From Candidatus Thorarchaeota archaeon (lineage in GTDB: Archaea; Asgardarchaeota; Thorarchaeia; Thorarchaeales; Thorarchaeaceae): DNA of 29,638 nucleotides. The stretch covers positions 1 to 29,638 of the forward strand of contig PRDH01000065.1 in the NCBI GenBank assembly GCA_003345545.1. The letters run 5' to 3'. Positions within the stretch are counted from its first letter, which is position 1. Each line of letters opens with the position of its first letter. Made by a program: the position numbers and the translations under genes. The notes under the pieces were generated by a model. The model was not told where the DNA came from, did no database searches, and saw nothing but the letters and a program-made list of their open reading frames with translations. Shown piece after piece: positions 9,487 to 18,702 of this stretch.

Positions 9487-9743
9487 TTTCCATTACCTTC
9501 CCGTAAAATTCCGAGTCTGTTGATGAGGCTCTGCAGAGCAGAATTGCCTCAATCAAACAAGTATCTATGTTACAAAACTGCTTATTAACTTATCGCAGCA
9601 AGTGGGCGATATGTCGCAGTCGTGCACCGCGTTATCTGATGGTCATAGAATTGATCTCTCTTCTGTATGGACATTCTCTGCGTACAATCCTATCATCTAC
9701 AAAGCCTTTAATTCTACAGACGGTAGGACTTCTTCGACCCAAG

Positions 9744-11033
9744 ATGAAGAAGGCCGTGTTACTAGCAGCTGGCGACTCCACGAGGATGCTTCCACTATCT
9801 GCAAATCAACCAAAACATCTCCTGCCAGTAGCTGGAAGACCTCTTCTGTTTCACACCTTGGAGGCACTGGAGAAGGCAGGTATCGAAGAGACACTCATTG
9901 TCTATGGCTACCATGCTGAGAAACTCAGTGAGTCTGTGAATTCGCAAACATGGGGCAAAGGCAGGATGTCTGTTTCCTTCGTCCTGCAGAAGGAGAGAAG
10001 AGGAACAGCACATGCGGCAGGTCATGCCAGAGAGTTTGTTGGTGATGACACGTCATTATTGATGAATGGTGATGTAATGGTTGGCCCGGGCTGCTTTGAG
10101 GGGTTGATTGCGTATCATGAGAGTGGGAATTTTGAGATGACGCTATCTGTGCAGCCTATTGATGACCCGAGTCCATATGGTGTTGTTGCCGTGAAAGAGG
10201 GAAGGGCAGTGAAACTCATCGAGAAACCGAAGAAGGAGGAGATGGTCAGCAATCTGGTGAATGTGGGGCTCTATGCTGTAAGTGGGTCACTCTGGGCAGC
10301 GATTGATAAGACTCCACTCTCCCCACGAGGGGAATATGAGATCACTGATTCGATAGGCCTGCTGATTGAAAGAGGCAATGTCGGAGCGTACACGTTACCG
10401 TCATGGTGGCTTGATGTGGGTAAGCCATGGGATCTGTTGGAGGCCAACAAACAACTCCTGAGTCAGTCATCCAAGAGCATCAAGGGGACCGTGGAAAAGG
10501 GCGCAGTGATTAAGGGCACCTGTATCATCGAGGCTGGAGCGGTCATAAGGACAGGTGCGTATGTAGAAGGACCCGTCTATATCGGACAGGATGCTGTTAT
10601 TGGGCCAAACTGCTACATCCGTGCGCATACTTCACTTGGAAAGAAGGTGAAGATTGGAAATGCTGTTGAGATAAAGAACTCCATAATCATGGACAACACC
10701 AACGTCGGGCACCTATCCTATGTTGGGGACTCTATCATTGGAAGAGAGTGTAACTTTGGCGCAGGAACAATCACTGCGAACCTGAGGCATGATAACCAAG
10801 CTGTGGAGAGCACCGTGAAGGGAAAACGTGTGAGTTCTGGAAGGAGAAAACTGGGAGCCATCATTGGCGACGATGTGAAGACGGGGATTGGTACTTCAAT
10901 TGCTCCAGGAGTTGTCATGCATCAAGGCTCGAGAACAGGCATAGGTGTCATAGTGGACAGGGATGTTGGACCAAACCAGTTGGTGATTGCGAAGCAGAAT
11001 CAGACTGTCATTGATCTGGACTCCTCCAAATGA
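9744..11033 (+). CDS. glmU: Bifunctional sugar-1-phosphate nucleotidylyltransferase/acetyltransferase (archaeal GlmU)
   Basis: AVLLAAGDSTRMLPL, PKHLLPV, MNGD, EKP, RGEYEITD, hexapeptide repeats, HLSYVGDS and NFGAGTITAN. Likely start is ATG 9744. Confidence 0.9.
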   Translation: MKKAVLLAAGDSTRMLPLSANQPKHLLPVAGRPLLFHTLEALEKAGIEETLIVYGYHAEKLSESVNSQTWGKGRMSVSFVLQKERRGTAHAAGHAREFVGDDTSLLMNGDVMVGPGCFEGLIAYHESGNFEMTLSVQPIDDPSPYGVVAVKEGRAVKLIEKPKKEEMVSNLVNVGLYAVSGSLWAAIDKTPLSPRGEYEITDSIGLLIERGNVGAYTLPSWWLDVGKPWDLLEANKQLLSQSSKSIKGTVEKGAVIKGTCIIEAGAVIRTGAYVEGPVYIGQDAVIGPNCYIRAHTSLGKKVKIGNAVEIKNSIIMDNTNVGHLSYVGDSIIGRECNFGAGTITANLRHDNQAVESTVKGKRVSSGRRKLGAIIGDDVKTGIGTSIAPGVVMHQGSRTGIGVIVDRDVGPNQLVIAKQNQTVIDLDSSK

Positions 11034-11043
11034 GGGTGTTACG

Positions 11044-12567
11044 TTGGCGTCAAGACCATTGAGAGAGTTCAATTCAGTCGTGAAGAACTCAAGCAAGGTC
11101 GATGTGCTCTTTGGGTATTGCTATCCTTCGACATATCGTGCAGGCATGACTGGCCTTGCTCTGCAAATACTCTATTCAGCGCTAAACAACAGAGAGGATA
11201 CATCATGTGAGAGATACTTCAGATTCCAGACACAGTCTCCAGCATTGTCAGTCGAGAGCAATCGACCGCTGAGGGATAATCACATTGTAGGATTCACATT
11301 GACATATGAGGAGGACATACTGAACCTCATACAGATGCTGGAGATAGGTAGGATCCCCATTCTCGTTGAGGACAGAACAGCTGATGACCCAATTGTCCTG
11401 GTAGGGGGGCCGGTCGTGAGCTCCAATCCTGAACCCTATACTGATTTTGTGGACGCCTTTGCCATTGGTGAGGGAGACTTGGTCGTTCATGACATTGTGG
11501 AGGCGGTCAGGACAAGAGGATCTCGGAACGAATCAATAGCAGCTCTGGCAGATATTAGGGGTATCTATGTCCCTACAGCCAATCCAACTTCTGTAAGCCA
11601 TATCATGATAGAGAATCTTGACTCTCTGGAGTACCCAGTAGCTCAAGTCGTTCCAGACGTTGAGGAGGGATCGAAACTTGAGCCCGTGTTTGGCAAGTCA
11701 TTCCTGCTGGAAGTCACAAGAGGTTGTGGTCACTCATGTAAGTTCTGTCTTGTGGGGCACATGTGTCAGCCAAGAAGAACTCGTTCATTAGAACGATTGA
11801 GGGAGCTTGTAGAACAGGGAATCAAGCGGACACCTGTAAAGAAGGTGTCATTGATCGGGTCATCACTAGGTGACTTGGATAGGCTAGAGGACCTTGTATG
11901 TTGGATTGTGAAACAAGGGGTAGAGGTCTCTGTTCCGTCGCTGAGAGCGGATTCTGTGACCACAGGACTATTGGAGTGCCTAGTCAAGGGGGGCCAACGG
12001 ACTCTCACAATAGCACCCGAAACAGGTTCAGATGAACTCAGAAGGAGCATCGGAAAAGACCTCACGGATTCAGAGATCGAAGAGGCAGTGAAGACAGCAG
12101 AATCAGCTGGGTACAACTCGTTGAAGCTATACTTCATCATTGGACTACCAGGAGAAACGGATGCAGATATCGAGTCCACCATCAGGATGATACAAGGCAT
12201 AGCTAGGAACTCGATGATGAGAATCACAGCTAGCTTGAATCCGTTTGTTCCAAAAGCAAGAACAAGATGGCAGCTTGAGCCTCAACCTGGAATAGAAGTG
12301 CTTCGAGGTAAGATACGACACATCGAGGAGGGGCTTAGAAACACACCGCGAGTGACATTAGAAACTCTTGACCTGAGAAGCGCTCGGATTCAGGCAGCTC
12401 TGTCAATTGGAGACAGGACTCTTGGACAGGTCATCCGCGCTGCAGCCTCCTACGGAGGATATGGCGGCTGGAGGAGAGCTGAAAAGGAAACGGGAATCCC
12501 ATTGTTCTCACTAGGAAGCGATCCAGAGCGTCTTGGTCAAGGAATACCGTGGGCATTTCTCAAATGA
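11044..12567 (+). CDS. Radical SAM protein with N-terminal B12-binding-like domain
   Basis: YPSTYRAGMTGLA, GGP...NPEP, IGEGD, RGCGHSCKFC (CxxxCxxC), TIAPETGS and YFIIGLPGET. TTG start lies 10 nt after the glmU stop. Confidence 0.88.
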   Translation: MASRPLREFNSVVKNSSKVDVLFGYCYPSTYRAGMTGLALQILYSALNNREDTSCERYFRFQTQSPALSVESNRPLRDNHIVGFTLTYEEDILNLIQMLEIGRIPILVEDRTADDPIVLVGGPVVSSNPEPYTDFVDAFAIGEGDLVVHDIVEAVRTRGSRNESIAALADIRGIYVPTANPTSVSHIMIENLDSLEYPVAQVVPDVEEGSKLEPVFGKSFLLEVTRGCGHSCKFCLVGHMCQPRRTRSLERLRELVEQGIKRTPVKKVSLIGSSLGDLDRLEDLVCWIVKQGVEVSVPSLRADSVTTGLLECLVKGGQRTLTIAPETGSDELRRSIGKDLTDSEIEEAVKTAESAGYNSLKLYFIIGLPGETDADIESTIRMIQGIARNSMMRITASLNPFVPKARTRWQLEPQPGIEVLRGKIRHIEEGLRNTPRVTLETLDLRSARIQAALSIGDRTLGQVIRAAASYGGYGGWRRAEKETGIPLFSLGSDPERLGQGIPWAFLK

Positions 12568-12642
12568 TAACGCTTTTTGATGGGGTGGTCATCTCGGTAA
12601 AGCTCTTAAGCCAATCCTAAGAAATGACTCTTGAGAGATGTC

Positions 12643-13017
12643 ATGGTCATGATTGACCGGAAGCATCTGGTGAACACGATGCCCGAAGACGATGATTTGC
12701 GTCAATCCTTCCCAGCTCTCGCAGAAGAGCTTGAGGAGGGAGGCACAAAATCCTTCAAAGTAGGTGGTGTCCGAACAATGTCTGAAGAGTCCGATCAAGG
12801 TCAGGAGAAACAGACATTCACTCCTGATGTTGTTGACTACATACGCCGTTGTGATACAGCACCTCAGGCAATAGAGATAGTCGACTTCTTGGCGAAACGG
12901 GGAGAGATTACTGCTGCACAGGCAAAGGCGATAAAGAGCCAAATCAAGACTGAAGGTATTCGAAGTTTCGGTGCAAAGAAAGAGAAGGATCACTACTTGC
13001 GTCACGGTCTCGAATAG
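12643..13017 (+). CDS. DUF2095-family archaeal protein
   Basis: FPALAEEL and PDVVDYIRRCDT...EIVDFLAKRGEI...GIRSFG. Start uncertain (12631, 12643 or 12649). Confidence 0.75.
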   Translation: MVMIDRKHLVNTMPEDDDLRQSFPALAEELEEGGTKSFKVGGVRTMSEESDQGQEKQTFTPDVVDYIRRCDTAPQAIEIVDFLAKRGEITAAQAKAIKSQIKTEGIRSFGAKKEKDHYLRHGLE

Positions 13018-13204
13018 AGCGGTGGAAAGGCTCACTTCGACGAGTACTGTTGAGCAGGACCAGTTGCAGCTCACTACATACTAGTTTGAGACTAAGTCAA
13101 CTTTGTCGAACATAGTCACCTCTGCAATCGCCACTACAAGAATAACTACAGTAGATTCCAGTCGCCGTCTGCACGGTATGAACTCATATTAGGAACCTTG
13201 CGTA

Positions 13205-14608
13205 CTAGCTCGGCCTGTACAGACTCTGCTCCTTAGCCCAAGTGATTGTTTCAGGGTCGATTCGCTTGAGTTCTCGCTCAGGAAAGTCACTGAGAAGCTT
13301 CCATCCAATGTCCAAGGTCTGCTCGAAGGAGCGGTCCTCAAACTCACCTTGATTGATGAACTCAGACTCGAATCTGTCTGCAAACTTCAGGTACTTCTGG
13401 TCACGATCCGTCAAGGCTTCCGAACCAACCACTGCAACAAGGTCACGAAGATCGCGGCCCTCGGAGTAGCCATAGTAGAGCTGAGCCTGCACCTCTTTGT
13501 GGTCAAAGCGCGTCATCCCCTTGCCAATACCTTCCTTCATCAGACGACTTAGAGAGGGACCAGGGTCAATCGGGGGGTAAATACCTCTCCGATGAAGACT
13601 ACGTCCAACAATTATCTGACCTTCAGTTATGTAGCCTGTAAGGTCTGGAATTGGGTGTGTCATGTCATCCTGTGGCATGGAGAGAATAGGCATCTGTGTG
13701 ATCGTGCCCTTTCGACCATCAATTCTTCCAGCGCGTTCGTAGATGAGACTGAGATCGGTATACAGATAGCCAGGATAACCACGCCGACCTGGTATCTCCG
13801 ATCTTGCAGCACTGATCTCACGAAGCGCTTCTGCGTAGTTGGTCATATCTGTGAGAATGACTAGAACATGCATGTCTGCTGCATACGCCAGATACTCTGC
13901 AGCAGTGAGCGCCGCACGAGGCGTGATTATTCGCTCGATAGCTGGGTCATTAGCAAGATTAAGGAATAGGCATGTATGTTCAAGGGCACCAGTTTCTTCG
14001 AAGGAGTCCATGAAGTACTGTGCCTCAGTGGCAGTGATGCCCATGGCCCCAAAGACGATAGCAAAAGCACTCTCTTCTCCAGGTATCTTAGCTTGGCGGA
14101 CAATCTGAGCTGCAATTGCGTTGTGGGGAAGACCAGACCCTGAGAAGATAGGCAGCTTCTGACCTCTGACTAGAGTATTCAGACCGTCAATCGAAGAGAG
14201 ACCTGTTTGAATTGGTTGCCTAGGATACTGTCGTGCATAGGGATTGATTGGAGAACCGTAGATATCCCAGTGGTCTTCGGCAGTGAGTGGAGGACCTTTG
14301 TCAAGAGGATTCCCGGCGCCATCAAGAACCCTCCCAAGAATCTCCGTGGAAACAGGCAGTTTCATGGTTTCTCCAGTGAACCTAACCGACGTGATATCAG
14401 CATCTAGACCACTGGTCCCCTCAAAGACCTGGATAACAGCCCTGCCACGACCGGTTTCAAGAACAGTCCCTGTCAACAAGTCACCGCCGCTCGGAGACCG
14501 TATCTTAACAACTTCGTTGTAAGAAACGTCATGGGTGTTTTCCACTACCAAGAGCGGACCACTGACATCTGACACTGTGCGATAGGCAATAGAAGATTCC
14601 TTGGGCAT
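13205..14608 (-). CDS. atpB: A/V-type ATP synthase subunit B
   Basis: [40 protein letters not shown] and [16 protein letters not shown]. Confidence 0.97.
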   Translation of the reverse strand: MPKESSIAYRTVSDVSGPLLVVENTHDVSYNEVVKIRSPSGGDLLTGTVLETGRGRAVIQVFEGTSGLDADITSVRFTGETMKLPVSTEILGRVLDGAGNPLDKGPPLTAEDHWDIYGSPINPYARQYPRQPIQTGLSSIDGLNTLVRGQKLPIFSGSGLPHNAIAAQIVRQAKIPGEESAFAIVFGAMGITATEAQYFMDSFEETGALEHTCLFLNLANDPAIERIITPRAALTAAEYLAYAADMHVLVILTDMTNYAEALREISAARSEIPGRRGYPGYLYTDLSLIYERAGRIDGRKGTITQMPILSMPQDDMTHPIPDLTGYITEGQIIVGRSLHRRGIYPPIDPGPSLSRLMKEGIGKGMTRFDHKEVQAQLYYGYSEGRDLRDLVAVVGSEALTDRDQKYLKFADRFESEFINQGEFEDRSFEQTLDIGWKLLSDFPERELKRIDPETITWAKEQSLYRPS

Positions 14609-14688
14609 CTGCGAAACCGTCCAGGTTATGTTCCAAATCAGTACCCGGTCGTATCAGTGGCGGAGTTTTAAGAGTTGCGAAGTGCCTC

Positions 14689-15213
14689 TCAGAGCAGGAG
14701 TGGGGTCAGATGGAAGAAAACCAGAACGGGAGCTAGCATTAGAGACCTGACAATGAGGGATTGACCCCTAGACCTGAGCTCCTTCGTACTCGGAGTGAAA
14801 TAGAGGACAGCTCCGGCAAGGCAACAGATGCCAGCGATGGCATCACCAACCCATACCAAGATGTATACAATCTCAGCATCGCTCATACCAAAGAACTGCA
14901 ACCATGCGAGTGTAGCGCTCTCCATCGTGACAAGTTCAACACTTGAGAAACTCGCGATGACATTCACTATCAATGGACCTCCAAAGTACAGTCCAATTCC
15001 GAATGCTACTAGGACCTTCGAGAGACCATCACTGAGCCCTGTGGCGTACAGTATCAGGCCTATAAGAATGAGAAGCAGATAGCCACGTATCGCAAGAGCA
15101 AACAGGACATTTAGTATCTGACCCATTGCCACAGACCAAGATTCTGGTAATGCCGCATCGAATGGAAACTGCGCTAGCGTGAGAACTAGCGTAGGAGGAA
15201 CCATGAGAGCCAT
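14689..15213 (-). CDS. Membrane protein with two helical-hairpin repeats (VirB2/CedA pilin-like, tentative)
   Basis: Hydrophobic repeats IGLILYAT..LSKVLV and AGAVLYFT..RGQSLIV. A TATA-like ATTATATT about 25 nt before the ATG suggests a leaderless transcript. Confidence 0.7.
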   Translation of the reverse strand: MALMVPPTLVLTLAQFPFDAALPESWSVAMGQILNVLFALAIRGYLLLILIGLILYATGLSDGLSKVLVAFGIGLYFGGPLIVNVIASFSSVELVTMESATLAWLQFFGMSDAEIVYILVWVGDAIAGICCLAGAVLYFTPSTKELRSRGQSLIVRSLMLAPVLVFFHLTPLLL

Positions 15214-15248
15214 AATATGGAATCGATATGCAGGAATATAATGACCAC

Positions 15249-15800
15249 TCAGAGTAATCCAGAACGCAGTATCCTGAAATCAGCAGCCATCAAGGTCTTG
15301 ACCTTTGGAAATCGCAGTGCTGCTGCAGGATGATAGGTCATGAAAAAGGTTCTGCCCTTTGCCTCAAAGAACTGACCGTGAGACTCTGAAACACTCCACG
15401 GACCTACCATCGATGAGATTGCGACACCTCCAAGGAGCACAACCACTCTCGGATTGACCAGCTCAATCTGTTTCTCAACATAGGGTCTACACATCTCTAT
15501 CTCTGACTTAGTGGGAGTTCTATTGTTGGGAGGTCTTGACTTAAGCACAGATGTTATGAAGACTTCATCTCTTGTCAAGCCGATGCTCTCTATCATATGT
15601 GTAAGGAGTTCGCCCGAACGGCCAACAAAGGGTCTGCCCAATTCATCCTCTCTTGCACCAGGCGCTTCGCCGATGAGAAGGACTCTAGCATCATACGGCC
15701 CCTCACCGGGAACTGCATTCAGACGTGTTTCATGAAGAGGACAGAGCCTGCAGTTTCGAATAGACTCATGAAGTACGTCTAGTTCCTGTCTACGCATCAT
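15249..15800 (-). CDS. udg: Uracil-DNA glycosylase, family 4 (Fe-S type)
   Basis: CRLCPL, VPGEG, IGEAPG, PFVGRSG, RPPNNR and HPAAAL. Start is ATG 15800; the ORF-track start overlaps atpA. Confidence 0.92.
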   Translation of the reverse strand: MMRRQELDVLHESIRNCRLCPLHETRLNAVPGEGPYDARVLLIGEAPGAREDELGRPFVGRSGELLTHMIESIGLTRDEVFITSVLKSRPPNNRTPTKSEIEMCRPYVEKQIELVNPRVVVLLGGVAISSMVGPWSVSESHGQFFEAKGRTFFMTYHPAAALRFPKVKTLMAADFRILRSGLL

Positions 15801-15846
15801 CTCGTCCTCATAGAGTGCTTCTGAGGGAATAAATACCACGCTTTGG

Positions 15847-17652
15847 CTATGCACCATGTTCAGCAAGGAAACCGGATTCAGATACTTCTTGGAAGAGAGA
15901 CTGAAATTCACGTTCCATCTTCTTCTCGATAGCATCCATTTGACTCTCATAGGAGTCCCAAGGTGTGATCTTCATTCGAGCTACGTTGTCTAGTATACTC
16001 AGCTCCAATATCCTTCGGACGTGAACACCCATCTTGACAGCGGCTGTCATTTTTCGTGAGAACCCGATTATGACTCTGAGCATTCTATATGTCTTGCCAA
16101 TAGGAGAGTAAGTATCAATCTCATGGATTGCACTCTGAGTGAGAAAGTCTTCCTTAATCATCCGTGCAGCCTCAAGAATAGCGCGTTCTGATTCTGGAAG
16201 CGCATCAGGTCCGACTAGCTGGACAATCTCGCGAAGCTCTTGGTCCTTCTGAAGTATGGCAAGTGCCTCCTTCACTATGCCAGGCCAGTCTTCGCCGAGA
16301 TTCGACTTATGCCATTTCTCAAGGGTGCTGTGGTAGAGCGAGTAGCTTGTTAGAGCGTTTATTGCGGGGAAGAACCTTCGTGCTGCAAGATCCTTGTCCA
16401 GAGCCCAGAAGACCTTTACAATCCTGAGCGTTGCCTGTGTCACAGGCTCTGAGAAGTCGCCGCCGGGAGGCGAAACTGCTCCACAGATTGTGATAGATCC
16501 GAGGCGTTCGCCTGAACTGAGGGTCTTGACCCTCCCTCCACGTTCGTAGAACTGTGCAAGGCGTGATCCAAGGTATGCAGGGTAGCCTTCTTCTGATGGA
16601 AGTTGACCAAGTCGACCAGATATCTCACGAAGAGCCTCAGCCCAACGAGATGTTGAATCTGCCATCAGCGCCACGTCGTATCCTTGATCTCGAAAGTACT
16701 CAGCGATAGTGGCTGCTACATAGATTGACGCTTCTCGTGCCGCAACTGGCATATTGGATGTATTTGCTATTAGTACAGTACGCTCCATGAGCGGGCGGCC
16801 TGACCGGGGATCTTTGAGATGAGGCCACTCTTCAAGAGCCTCAGTCATCTCATTCCCACGTTCTCCACAGCCTACATACACAACTACTTGTGCATCAGCC
16901 CACTTTGCAAACTGATGGAGTGTCACTGTCTTTCCAGTCCCGAAACCACCAGGAATAGCTCCGGTTCCTCCTTTTGCTTGAGGCATGAATGTATCAATGA
17001 CACGTTGTCCAGTGATTAGCGGTGTGTCCATTGACACTCGTTCCTTGAATGTGCGACCGATTCGAACCGGAGTCTTCTGCATCATTACAACATCATGTAT
17101 GTCACCATGGATGTTCTTGACCTTGCAGATTGTTTCAATGACCGTATATTCACCCTTTGGCACAATCTCCACTACTTCGCCTGCAAGTCCAAAGGGTATC
17201 ATGATTCTCGAGGTGATGATGCCAGTTTCTGGGACTTCACCAATTATGTCACCTGCCTCTACCTTTGTGCCAACCTTTACGGCAGGGATGAAAGTCCACT
17301 TCTTCTTTTTGTCAAGCCCATCAACATTAAGCCCGCGGGATATGAAGTCACCCGATATCTTTCGCAGGATGGGTAGAGGCCGCTGAATACCGTCATAGAT
17401 GGAACCAAGAAGACCAGGACCAAGTTCCACAGACAGGGAGTCTCCAGTGGATGTGACAGGCTCGCTCGGAGCAAGACCAGAGGTCTCTTCGTAGACTTGT
17501 GCAGTAAATTCGTTTTCAGCAACCTCTATGACCTCACCGATGAGCTGCTGCTTGCCGACTCGAACTACCTCATACATTCGAATAGAGGGTAGTCCGGAGC
17601 ATTTGACTACAGGGCCTGCAATGGTTTCGATTCTTCCGATTTGTTTACTCAA
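15847..17652 (-). CDS. atpA: A/V-type ATP synthase catalytic subunit A
   Basis: Walker A GGFGTGKT, GCGERGNE, ANTSNMPVAAREAS, ADSTSRWAEA and VSPPGGDFSEPVTQ. No intein; TTG start. Confidence 0.97.
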   Translation of the reverse strand: MSKQIGRIETIAGPVVKCSGLPSIRMYEVVRVGKQQLIGEVIEVAENEFTAQVYEETSGLAPSEPVTSTGDSLSVELGPGLLGSIYDGIQRPLPILRKISGDFISRGLNVDGLDKKKKWTFIPAVKVGTKVEAGDIIGEVPETGIITSRIMIPFGLAGEVVEIVPKGEYTVIETICKVKNIHGDIHDVVMMQKTPVRIGRTFKERVSMDTPLITGQRVIDTFMPQAKGGTGAIPGGFGTGKTVTLHQFAKWADAQVVVYVGCGERGNEMTEALEEWPHLKDPRSGRPLMERTVLIANTSNMPVAAREASIYVAATIAEYFRDQGYDVALMADSTSRWAEALREISGRLGQLPSEEGYPAYLGSRLAQFYERGGRVKTLSSGERLGSITICGAVSPPGGDFSEPVTQATLRIVKVFWALDKDLAARRFFPAINALTSYSLYHSTLEKWHKSNLGEDWPGIVKEALAILQKDQELREIVQLVGPDALPESERAILEAARMIKEDFLTQSAIHEIDTYSPIGKTYRMLRVIIGFSRKMTAAVKMGVHVRRILELSILDNVARMKITPWDSYESQMDAIEKKMEREFQSLFQEVSESGFLAEHGA

Positions 17653-17678
17653 TGGAGCACAACCTCACAGTACTTGTC

Positions 17679-18002
17679 TTAGATCTTGATCTCAATTCCG
17701 ACTGCTCTTCGTATCAATTCCTTCAGAACTGTTTCGTACGTACCAGTGGACGCGTTCCTATCTGGAATCAGCAGTATCACAGGTACGGGTGACTGGGAGA
17801 GCTCGACGATAGTGTCTTCCACTTCTGAAGCGAGAGGCTCAGTGATAATAATGAGCCCCATACTCGGGTCTCGAAAGAAGTCAAGAAGGAGCTCGCGCGT
17901 CTCATTTGGTGACTTTGGTGTGGCACACTCGCTGACTCCTACTAATCTGAATCCTGTGACAGTATCCCGATCGCCAATGACCGCTATCTTATTACTTGAC
18001 AC
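17679..18002 (-). CDS. atpF: A/V-type ATP synthase subunit F
   Basis: IAVIGDRDTVTGFRLVGV...IRRAVGI, immediately upstream of atpA. Confidence 0.93.
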   Translation of the reverse strand: MSSNKIAVIGDRDTVTGFRLVGVSECATPKSPNETRELLLDFFRDPSMGLIIITEPLASEVEDTIVELSQSPVPVILLIPDRNASTGTYETVLKELIRRAVGIEIKI

Positions 18003-18091
18003 AAGTACTTCCTCTGTGGTCGACTTACGCCTTGCTCCAAAAGCTTGCCTAAAAGCGTTTGGAAACTGACTGAAGACTTGAAGCTCCTCGT

Positions 18092-18610
18092 TCAGCCAGT
18101 AAAGAGGGTAGATACGTCAGATTCGTCAACCAGAGTCCAGCAGTAGAGGCATTTGAGCTGGAGCGGTTTTCGTGAGACGACTTGGTATTTTGTCTTGATT
18201 GGTTCACGCTCTTTGTTGGTAACGCATCGTTCATTGGGGCATTTTATGACGCCAGTAATGGTTTCAGGAAGTTCAATACGAGTCTTCTTGATGACTTTGG
18301 AGTCTTTGATCAGGTTGATTGTTGCCTCTGGGGCTACAAGCGCGATACGTGCTACTTCAGCAGAACCAAGAAAACGATTCTCAACCTTCACAATGTCCTT
18401 TTTTCCAATCCTTGAACTTCTGATGTTCATTGCAAGTGAAACGACATTCCCGGTCTTGCCAGTGATTCCCAGAATCTTCAGGACCTCAAGAGCACTACCG
18501 GCCCTGATATGGTCTATGACAGTGCCGTCCACAATCTTGTCAATGCGTATCTTGCCGCCGGCTTCTTCGGACATTGGTGTTGCCATGGGCCTGTCTGTAG
18601 TATTCTCCAC
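18092..18610 (-). CDS. pyrI: Aspartate carbamoyltransferase regulatory chain
   Basis: GTVIDHI, KKDIVKVE, PEATIN and Zn site CPNERC...CLYC. Start may be ATG 18586 or 18574. Confidence 0.93.
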   Translation of the reverse strand: MENTTDRPMATPMSEEAGGKIRIDKIVDGTVIDHIRAGSALEVLKILGITGKTGNVVSLAMNIRSSRIGKKDIVKVENRFLGSAEVARIALVAPEATINLIKDSKVIKKTRIELPETITGVIKCPNERCVTNKEREPIKTKYQVVSRKPLQLKCLYCWTLVDESDVSTLFTG

Positions 18611-18702
18611 GTTTTAGACCTTCCCCTCGTCACGGGCCGGACTAGTTCAAGGCGAAAGTTGATATGTGCTAGGGCAGGACCTCTCCTTAACTCGACGATG
18701 TG

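Noticed and set aside
12589-13074. 161-aa minus-strand ORF
   Set aside because: Antisense shadow of the DUF2095 gene.
13018-13204. Gap after atpB examined for an atpD remnant or RNA gene
   Set aside because: Only short ORFs and weak 4-5 bp stems; no AtpD similarity and no tRNA fold.
15847-17652. Possible intein in atpA or hef
   Set aside because: Lengths are normal and no splice motifs interrupt the conserved regions.
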